Assembly: GCF_018350175.1 (NCBI RefSeq)
Contig: NC_058368.1
Coordinates: 5,332,001-5,396,000 of the forward strand
DNA: 64,000 bases
Source: Felis catus
Lineage: Eukaryota
Direction of reading: 5' to 3'
The notes beneath the pieces are model-generated. The model had not been told where the DNA came from. It saw nothing but the letters and a program-made list of their open reading frames with translations, and did no database searches. Shown here piece after piece: positions 54,397-64,000 of the stretch (position 1 is the stretch's first letter; each line of letters begins with the position of its first letter). Made by a program: the position numbers and the translations under genes.

Positions 54397-56144
54397 AAAT
54401 TGTGATTTTTAAAAACAAACTTGGTCAATAAAAGGAATATTAACATTTTCTGTTTAAGTGAAAGTGGTAGACATTTGTTTCAAATGGTCTTGGAATAACT
54501 GAATTGATCAGACCTTTAAATTTAACGTACCAAACTCTTTATCGTGTAACAGTCGTGCTTTTATTTATCTTTTTCACAAAATACAGCTGGTAGTACTCTT
54601 CTGTTCGACTGTAGCTGTGTCAAAAATCATTCCCATCCAAAATGGGTTTATTTATGGTCATCCATGTCGATGGAATCCAACCTTGGTTGGGGGTGACTTT
54701 GAAGGCTTTGTCCACCTCGAGTGCTAATGGTATCCCTGGAAGCATCGAAAGCACAGAGAATAGGAAGGCATAACCTGTCAGGGAGCCTGATGGCTCTTAC
54801 CACTGCTGGCTGTCTAGGTGAAGATAATTGGTAATTGCGTGGTATATCATAAAGACAGATCATGAAAGAGCTTAATGATGGCAGTTCTTAGCCACAGATA
54901 ACAACCTTCTTTTCTTGACAATGCAGCCAGGGTATCATAGGAGGAAAAGTTACACTGGAGGCTTAAATCCGTCAGATTCCTTCATCGATGAAGTTTATTC
55001 TGTGTCAGATTTCTCAGCGCTGTTGTTCCTGTATGAGGCAACTTAGGTAGACCTAGGCATGTTTTGTTTGGAATGACTTCCAAGTTGTACCTAAGACAGA
55101 ACCTTTGATGTAGTTCACTTGATTAATGGGAGTGTAATGATTACCCTTTGTTCTGAGGATAATTTAGATTTTATGGCAGTCTACTAGTTTTCATCCTAAT
55201 TGACTCCCTTTTCAGAATTAATCCATCTAATGTAGAAAATAGGTATAAAGGGCAAAAGAATAAAATTACTTAGAATCCCGCTACCCAAAGAACTACAATT
55301 AAAAATTTGGCTAATGGTCTAAGAACTTCTTTTCTGAGGCAAGAAGAAGTATATATTTATATCTGTGTATACGTATGCACACACAGTATTTATAAATTTC
55401 TTTGCGTAGATACTTATATCTATGTATTTGTATCTAAATATTTGTTTATATACTTATCTATAAATATTATATATTTGTGTATCTACATATTTATACATGA
55501 TATTCATTTTTTGGCTCTTTTCACGAACAATGCAACATGTGTGTGATATGTATATAGCCATTTAAAAAATGAAATTATACACAACATTCTTGTTAACCTG
55601 TTTTTTTCCTCTCTTAACTGGAATGCTGTTTCTAGACCAATCAATTTGTAGCTGCAGTCCCCTTTTAGAGAATGACATAGATTCCATTGAGTATATTTCC
55701 ATGGTTTATTTAACTCTTCACTGATTATTGGACATTGAGGTTCTCACCTTTCATGTTTGGGAACATAATTGGTTTTCTATTATTTATTTTCTTAGAGTAA
55801 ATGCCTAGAAGTAAGGATCCTAGGTCAAGGGAAATAGACCTCTCTGGAAGGAGATTATCCATGCACATGGGCACACATACATACAGGTGCATGTATTCAT
55901 ACATTCTTCTTTGTCCTCTTCTGCCAACTTATCTTCAGTTTGTTAGTGAATTTAAAAAGTTTACCACACTGTGCACAAATAATAAAAATGTTGGAAATTT
56001 AAGTATCTTCTCAGTATTGCTTGTGGAGTTAAAATACTCTGAATTGAGATTATATTTAATATGAGTTAAATTTGAAGCTATTAAAGCAAAATAAATTCTT
56101 AATAGATGGTCGCATAGCTTATAGCTTGAAACAGTGATGAATTT

Positions 56145-56365
56145 AAAAAATTTTTTAAATGTTTTTTTTTTATTTTTGAAGGAGAGAGAGAGACAGAGTG
56201 TGAGTGGGGGAGGGGCAGAGAGCGAGGGAGACACAGAATCCGAAGCAGGCTCCAGGCTCTGAGCTGTCAGCCCAGAGCCCGACTCGGGGCTCAAACTCCC
56301 AAACTGTGAGATCATGACCTGAGCCGAAGTTGGACGCTCAACTGACTAAGCCACCCAGGCACCCC
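56145..56365 (-). mobile_element. Can-SINE
   Basis: TSD gaa(a/g)cagtgatgaattt. Confidence 0.94.
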
Positions 56366-56874
56366 GAAGCAGTGATGAATTTTTAACTTGTGTGGCTCTT
56401 CTTGGCTTTTCCTATTGGGTGTGTGGTGCTAGGTGACCCGTGAAATGTAATAGCTATCACCGATTCTGTTTGAATGACTATTTTCTTTTAAATCTTTCAT
56501 GATGAGAGCGGTCTTAAATGCATGATTTAAGAACATGTTGAAGAATAATTCATCGGCAGATAGATTATTATGTAAGTAGGAACATGATTATCTTTTAGAG
56601 ATGAACTGTCTGCTTTCAGTAGAGAAGTTCTTGATTTATTAAGTTACCACAGTCTCCATTCAGCATAATGGTCTAGTTCTTGTACTTGAATTTGAATTAT
56701 AAGCCTACTGGAAAATATTTTGGTCCAACTGAGCATATTTATTTGGCCTTAACATTACTTGGTTCAGATGTTTTGCTCTTTGTTACCTGGAACTTAAATT
56801 TAAGAACAGTGTAAAATAAAATGATATATTTAGAAAACCATCTTCCGTAAGAGGTTGGAAGTGAACATGTTTTT

Positions 56875-57010
56875 CTGTGCTGTCCATTATGATAGTTGCT
56901 AGCCACAAGTGGTTATTAATCACTTGAAACATAACTGGTTTGAGGAAACACTGACTTTGAGTAACCCATCTTGTACCTAGAGGCTACCATATGAGACAGA
57001 ATAGTGTAGA
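56875..57010. mobile_element. MER3/MER33-like hAT-Charlie fragment
   Basis: 'tgtgctgtccattatgatagttgctagccacaagtggttatt...ctagaggctaccatatgagacag'. Confidence 0.65.
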
Positions 57011-57031
57011 TTGTTTTCAGTCCCCTTGTGG

Positions 57032-57262
57032 AGGGGTCGGCAAAACTCCATGAGGCCAAATTCAGCTCACCACCTGTTCTTGTAAATAAAGTTTTATTGG
57101 AATACAGCCAGGCTCATTGATGTATGTTTTGTCAGTGGCCGCTTTAGTGCTACAGTGGCAGGGTTGAGTGGTTGCCACACAGAATACATGGCTCACCAAT
57201 TCTTACTATCCTAGACTGTTGACTATCTGGTCCTACACAGAAAGATTGTTGGCTCCTATCCT
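57032..57262. mobile_element. MER58A-like hAT-Charlie element
   Basis: 'ggggtcggcaaaact...ggccaaattcagctcaccacctgttcttgtaaataaagttttattggaatacagcca'. Confidence 0.85.
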
Positions 57263-57829
57263 GCCCAGTGAAAGAGAAATTGGCCCAATTCTACTTCCAC
57301 AGTTGTTTGTTGCATTTTCTAAAACGTGCTTTGGAATGTTAAGCATTATGGGAGAAAAATGGGGTCTATGGCTAATTTGGGGGAGATACAGAGTTATAAA
57401 TAAGTAGATTTTTCTATAAGTTTATGCAATCTTTAATACATTTATTGTACTATAAATCTTAAAGAATTAGAGAATATTTTGTTAACCAAGCTTGACCCCT
57501 GAATTTCTTTTTTGATGAGTAACTCTTGGGATGGGGAACACAGATTTAGAAATGGTGCCTTTAGAAGTATGGAGTTTTCCTCTTGGTTGATGTAAGAATA
57601 GAAACTGTATGAAAGAGAATGCTCAGAAAATAGAGAAATGCGTGTTTAATTTTTAATTTATATTAAATCAGTAAATATTTGAGTGCTTTTAATTGGCCAG
57701 ATTGCTATTATTGTAGACAGTCGAAATGACAACGTATTCTCTACTATACTCATTTCTATTTTAGTGTAAATAACCGTTACATCTTGACTTTGCCACAAAG
57801 GCAAAGTGTGAAGTGCTAAGTACATATAG

Positions 57830-57950
57830 CTAGGGAAAGAGCAAACTTTCCGTAAAGGACTAGATAGTAAATATTTCAGACTTTGCATGCTATGTGCTCC
57901 AGGTCACAACTGTTCAGTTTTGTCATTGTTATAAGAAAGCCATAGCTGAT
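57830..57950. mobile_element. MER58-like fragment, opposite orientation to the 57032 copy
   Basis: 'gcaaactttccgtaaaggactagatagtaaatatttcagacttt'. Confidence 0.7.
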
Positions 57951-58049
57951 ACACCACTCACGTCATATGTCCTTATACGTGTGCATCAATGTGCCATATG
58001 TAAATACATACATACGTCTTTGTGCTCACATTAAGTATTCAGTAGAAAT

Positions 58050-59565
58050 GACTATATAAGTCATAAAGTGTCAACAGAATTTTAGAGAACTGGTTATCAG
58101 GCATTTCCCGTATTTCTGTGAATACAGTGTACTGAACCAACAAATCAGTGATTTAAAAAAGATTATAACAAGGTTGCATTCTTGGAAATTTAAATACTGC
58201 ACTTAGAAATAATTCAGGAGTCAAAGAGGGAATCACGGTGTAAATCAGAAAATATTTAGAACTGAACGATTAAAAAAATGCCTTGCATCAAAACTCCTAG
58301 GAATATCTCAGGTAAGTTTGTAGCCTCCCTATTATACTATAAAAAGAGAAGGCTTAAAGGTAATGAGCTGTATATGCAATTTAAGATGTTAGTAAAAGAT
58401 TAAGAGAAGATCACCGTAAGTAGGGTCTTCAGAAAGACTCGAATGAGATAAACACAAACATAAACACAAAAATTTTCAAAAACCGCAATTTTTGGGAACG
58501 AGAAAAAGCTACGATAGAGAGCAGTGCTTATAATAATAGAATACTTTGAACAACTTGATGTAAATAAACTTGAAGCTTAGATGAAATGATTAATTACTTA
58601 GGAGAAATATAAAACCGTCGGAATCGTACTCAAGGAAATAGGAAACCTGAATCCCCCTACAACTATTAAAGAAGTGGTATCACTACGTAGAATTTTTCCT
58701 ACAAAGAGAACACTAGATGGTCTTGCAATGTACATAGTCCGGTTTTGTCAGGCATTTAAAGGAACAGTTGCAATTTTATACATAGCCTTCCAGAAAATAA
58801 AAGTCAGTACTTTTCGGTGTAGTTTGACGCTCATGTAACCTTCACCTCAAAACCATTAGGGGCAAAATGGTAAACATTACAGGCCAATCTTAGCTGTACA
58901 CTGAGGGGTAAAATTCTTTACTGGATTGGGTTTGCCATTCTCTCATTAATGTAAAAAAAAAAAAATCATACATTGTGATCTAGTTGTGTTTAATTCCAGG
59001 AATGTAAACATGTGTTTCCTTTAAAAACAAATCCTGATAATATACTTCATCTCATTAACAGATAAAAGGGGGAAAAAAACCCATACAATTTATCTAATTA
59101 GATGCAGAAAAGAAAAAAAATTGAAGGAGCAATTTATCAGTAAGCAACAACAGCAAAGAAACTTGTCGTCCTGGAATAGGAGTGATCTTTCTTAACCTGA
59201 TAAGGTGCATCTACCACAACCTCCGTGAGACATCCTACTTCATGGTGAAGTGATACAACATTTCTTTTAAAATACTCATGAGATACACATGTTCCCTGCC
59301 AGCAGCCCCTTTTGACATTTTACTAAAGGTGTTAGCTTCAGTGTGACAAGATAAACAAGAAAGGTATAAGGATTAAAATAAACAATTTTCCAGGCACCTG
59401 GGGGGCTCAGTTGAGCGTCCCACTCTTGATCTTGGCTCAGGTCACGATCTCATGGTTCATGGGTTTGAGCCCTGTATCGGGCTCTGTGCTGGCGGCATGG
59501 AGCCTGTTTGAGATGCACTCCCTCTCCCACTCCCTCTCTTTCTGTCCCTCCTTCACTTGCGTGTG

Positions 59566-59601
<36 letters not shown>

Positions 59602-59720
59602 ATAAACTTTAAAAAATAAAGACCGCTTTCATGAATATGATAATGAGTGTCTATCTAGAAGATGCAAGAAAATCAGATGAACCATAATTAGGAGTTAAGG
59701 TAGACTGTTAAAATGGTTTG
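58050..59720 (+). mobile_element. Old degraded L1 ORF2 fragment (sense), containing a SINE
   Basis: 'aaatcagaaaatatttagaactgaacgat', 'aaacttgaagcttagatgaaatg', 'attccaggaatg', 'tagatgcagaaaa' L1 motifs. Confidence 0.75.
59391..59620 (+). mobile_element. Older Can-SINE
   Basis: caggcacctggggggctcagttgagcgtccc...(ct)n aaaataaa. Confidence 0.88.
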
Positions 59721-62269
59721 TAAAAGGGAAAAAAGACATTACAGAGAATTGAAGGGCCATTACTCGTCTTCCTTTATCCCATTGCCTGAGAGAAAAACCG
59801 CCCTCTGGAATTTTTTATACTTTTGCTGTACCTGCGTATGTGTCCAAAAGCTATATAAAAACTTATTTTGGATTTTTCCGAATGAAATCCTATTGTTTGT
59901 ATCTTTGTGTTGTCTGCTTTTTTCCACTCATATTTTTTTGGCATTGAAGTTCATAGATTTAGTTCTAGTTACTTGCTGTACAGAATTTCAAGCTTGGTGG
60001 TAGACATTTTGGATTATTTTGCACTTTTCATATTCTCGGAAGTGTTGTTGAAAACATCGTAGGTGCTTGTCTCTTAGGTACATGTGTAGGAATGTCTCAG
60101 GTATGTGCCTCGAAACAGAAATTGAGCTACTCAGTATTCTCTAATTCCTTGCCAGGATGGTTCTACCAATTTCCCTCTCTCCAGGAGTGTGTGCAGATCG
60201 TTATTGTTTTTATTGCTTTGTATCCCCATCGATGCAGTTCCTCACCCTCCTTTTTTTGTGGGTGAAATTGTCCTAGACCAATCCCTTTGCTCCCCAAATG
60301 GGTGAACATGAATCCTTCCCTTGTTTTCTATTCCTTTTTTTTTTTTTTTTAGTTTTTCTTCAAATTACAGCGAGTTAACATGCAGTGGAATATTAGTTTC
60401 AGGCGTACGATTCACTGGTTCAACACTTCATCGTCAGCAGATGATTCAACACCGTGCTCATCCCAAGCGCATCACCTGTTTCCCCTCCGATAACCATTTG
60501 TTCTGGTTTCTCTTTGTCAGTGGCGACTACATGAAGTCTAGGTTTTAAGAGCAGTAATATTTGGTAATAGAAGGTACAGCTTGTCCGATTCTCCAGGCCC
60601 CTCCGTAGTTACCTGTTTGGGGATCTCAAAAGAAAGTGCTGCTTCCTGGATGCCTCACTTCTGGAACATTGATTTTTGTCTCTGAATCATGAGTACCGGG
60701 AATCCCTCTTGGATCCTTGGAAAAAAAACCCAAAACACAAACATGAGCAAAATCTGATAGATTGAATTAGCTCATAGGGTACAAATTGCTGTGGCCGACT
60801 GGCACATGTGGGTCCTGTTGAACGTAATCACCGACCCTTCGACACGTGTGGCGGCGGCTGCCAGAGTCCGCAGCCAGGATCTGGGCGGGAGGGCGGTGCA
60901 CGTGTAGTTTAAGGAATAACATAGAGATTAAATGTGTAATTGGAAATGATTTTGCAGAATAAAACTGAAGTCTGGTGTATCTCGAAAAGGAAATCACTGC
61001 AGACATACAAATCGCTTCCTGTTCGGTTGAATTACAATTTTAGCAGTAGACGAGACGGAACGACGAGGTCTCCACCAAGAGATTCAGCTAGGGCTAAAAA
61101 TCCTGCCGCGTGGAGGTGGAAGAGCTATAATGCCAAACTGAATATAAAAACAATGTCATTTCCTTCAAGTTAAACTTTTTGATTATAGTTGTATGGCGAG
61201 TTTTTATTTCATGGCTGTATACAGCTTCTTTATCATTGTCTAATAGCATTTGAAGGCCTTTTACTTGCTATTCATGTGGCATTTACAAAGTTGGATACTA
61301 GATTTCAGTGTTAGGGGCTGATGATTTTTATATCTCTCTTTAAATTGGGGGATTTTCTGTCCCATTGAATCCGTGAGTTAGAGCTTTTGTTATTGCAGTT
61401 CTCTCCACGGAGAATCGACAGGATAGTTTTGTGTGTAGGAAATGATTTGAAAAGTTTGGCAGAATAAAACTAAAATCTGCTTTTAGGGACAGAGAGGAGG
61501 ACTTCGGTATTGACCCTGCAGACTCCATTCTTACTTGGCGTGACCTTGCCTTTGTTGTTGACGGTGGTTTTCTTACACATTCCTTGAATTTATTTTTGTT
61601 AGAATTCCATTATGAAATTTACCTAATTATATTTTTCCATCGTTTCCTTTCATTCCTGCAGAATTGGAAAAATCAGAGCAGACCTGAGGGGAATGTTTTA
61701 AGAAATACCCTTCCTTTTTTTTTTTTTTTTTTTATTCTTTCTGGGCTTGCCCTCCTCCGTCTCAATATCTTTACTTAAAATACACAGAGTAGATAAAGAC
61801 TCATAAAGGGAGAGGGAGGAGAAGGCTTCTTACGTTTTTGCAAGATAGCAATTGGTGATGCGATGTGTGTTTAGGATTTAATATGCTAAACCTTTTTTTA
61901 TCTATTTAATCTCCTTATGACGCATTGTTTATATTAGCTAATTTGTGGGTTGCCATATTTATATTATCGACTTAAATCATATAGAAATTGATTATTGGCT
62001 TGTAAGTTATGTGCAAGTCCTTGGCAAATAAGCATGTTATATTCATGAGAGCAGTGTTAGAATTTGTGGCTAGATGCCAATCCTATAAAAGCAGCTTTAG
62101 GAGCTGATAGACCACATGAGCACATACAGATTTTGAAAGGAGATTTCTCAACATACTTAAGATCTTGATGGCGTAAGTCCCCCTAATTAATTTCACTTAG
62201 ATTTCTGGTTTTGTCTCTCAGTACGTGGGCATCACTGACACTACTCTACACTCAGGACTTCAGTAAGTT

Positions 62270-62440
62270 TCTTTTCTTTTTAAGTTTATTTATTTAGAGA
62301 GAGCATGAATGGGGCGGGGGGGGGGGGGCGGCGGGGGGAGAGAATATCCAAAGCAGATTCCTTGCTGTCAGTGCAGAGCCTGACATGGGGCTTGATCTCA
62401 CAAACTGTGAGATCATCACCTGAGCCAAAATCAAGAGTCA
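62270..62440 (-). mobile_element. 5'-truncated older Can-SINE with poly-G tract
   Basis: 'ccaaagcagattcc...cagagcctgacatggggcttgatctcacaaactgtgagatcat'. Confidence 0.85.
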
Positions 62441-63544
62441 CCTGAGTAATTTTAAATGTTAAAATAGAACAGGCAGGTCGAGAGTGACTTTGGTAACTGG
62501 CCCAAGGTTGGTTAGGAGCGTGTGCTTACCTGTGTGAGTGTGATCCTGTGGGCTGCCGCCTGAACGGTGAGCTGAAGAATCTGGGAGGGCAGCGTTGGGA
62601 GGGAAGAAGTGGAACAGACGCTGGAATAGTCCGTTCACGCCAGGTGTTGTTACTCCTCCAAGAGCACCTTGATGTTATCAGGAAAGATCTGTTGTCTTCG
62701 GGGAGGGAGTGTGCCGGAATGGGTATCAGGACAGGGAGGTGGCGTGCAATTGGCAGGATGTTGGCGACCTTAGGTTTACCTTGTGAGTGTACTTGTTGAG
62801 GATACTTGAAAACCATCTCATTATGAAACTTGCTTGTTTTCAGCTCTCGAGCAGCGAAGAGTTACATTAACGTCAATAAACTTTGGTTGAATAGGGAGAC
62901 CACGCCCTTCTTTAGAAATTGTAGGATTTCAGGTTTTGTTAAAAAAAAAAAATTAAAATTTCCTTTTTCGGCAGGATTCCCTAGGTGAGGCAGGGAGATT
63001 TCACGCTGCTGTTAAAAAGGTGATGCCTAGTGGTAGTCAGTAGGTGCCTTAAGACTTTGCTGGAACATGCAGAATAGCATTCTTCTGGACTCCATCCAGA
63101 ATTTTTATTAGGTTCTTGGATGATGGGAACGAGCTTGCTTAACCAGCCTCCCAGCCTTGAAATGGAAAGAACTCCCAATTCTCTAAATGGCAGCAATGTA
63201 ATTAAAGACTTGAACTTGGGTTTGTTTTCCAGTAATGGCAGGTGAGGTTACCCTAACCAGCTTTCATACTGAAAATAAGTAAAACTGTTGAATATAATAT
63301 TTTTAAAAGCATTGAAGAGAAGACAAGACAGTAAGGGATTCTCAGGAAAAACTGAAGGGATTGTGGGAATCCAGAGAGGCATATGGAATGCCTGGGATGA
63401 TGAAGCTGCTGGGGGCCTTGGCAGGCCACAGTCCCAGAGTGAGACTGAGCCACAAGTAAGACTCGTTTCCTGTGGGTTTGATGCCTGAGTTTTCTGCACG
63501 TGTGTGGTCCAGGGACCCTGAAGCCATTCATCTCTAGTAGTAAA

Positions 63545-64000
63545 GTCAGATGTTTTTATAGGAGGTCATTTTAACTCTAAGTGCAAAAAAAAAATGAGTT
63601 CACTGTCAAAAATAATAAAGCACAGGGGAAAAGATCCCTCAAGCAATTAGCACACACTAGAAACAAACTACAAAGATTAAAGATAACAGAATAATCAGAT
63701 ATAGAATGTGAAACAACCATGCTAGGTTATAAAAAAAAAATTGAAAAGAAACCTAAAGATATCTGTAGGGAGCGGTAAACTATAGAAGATAGCATAGCAA
63801 ATGTGGGAAATGATTGAATAGAATTTCTGGAAATGAAAAATACAGTAACTGGAAAATTAAATATATCTGGAGAAATAGAATAACCATAAAATTTCTGGAA
63901 GTGAGAAAAAGAAAAATTCTAAGGATTTAACAGCATATTAGATAACACTCAAGAATGAGTTAGTGACGTGGAAGGTAGGTAAGAAGGCTCTCGGACAGAA
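63545..64000 (+). mobile_element. Probable old L1 5'/ORF1-region fragment
   Basis: A-rich; 'atagaatttctggaaatgaaaaatacagtaactgg', 'ttaacagcatattagataac' resemble L1 ORF1 coiled-coil DNA. Confidence 0.55.

Overview
This is mammalian genomic DNA. The tRNA-derived Can-SINEs of the SINEC_Fc type point to a felid (cat family). The window lies entirely inside the P4-ATPase phosphatidylserine flippase gene ATP8A2 on the + strand. Thirteen internal coding exons (1350-40312, 1154 nt, all GT-AG, phases joining without stops) encode TM4 with the PISL motif, the DKTGT phosphorylation site, the N domain and the start of the TGD/P domain. They probably correspond to exons 12-24 by human numbering, which is recalled from memory. 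After 40312 the window is a single long intron. The introns are filled with about 25 Can-SINEs (17 antisense, 8 sense), several L1 fragments, L2/MIR, ERVL-type LTRs, hAT-Charlie MERs and microsatellites. Nearly all ORFs in the supplied track are spurious or repeat-derived. I found no convincing new biological system. The most interesting structures are an unexplained ~110-bp dispersed direct duplication carrying an antisense splice-donor motif, a 4-kb L1 inserted ~45 nt from the acceptor of a symmetric 45-nt exon, an inverted SINE pair tightly bracketing an exon, a twin-primed 5'-inverted L1, and several nested or serial retrotransposon insertions with readable TSDs.
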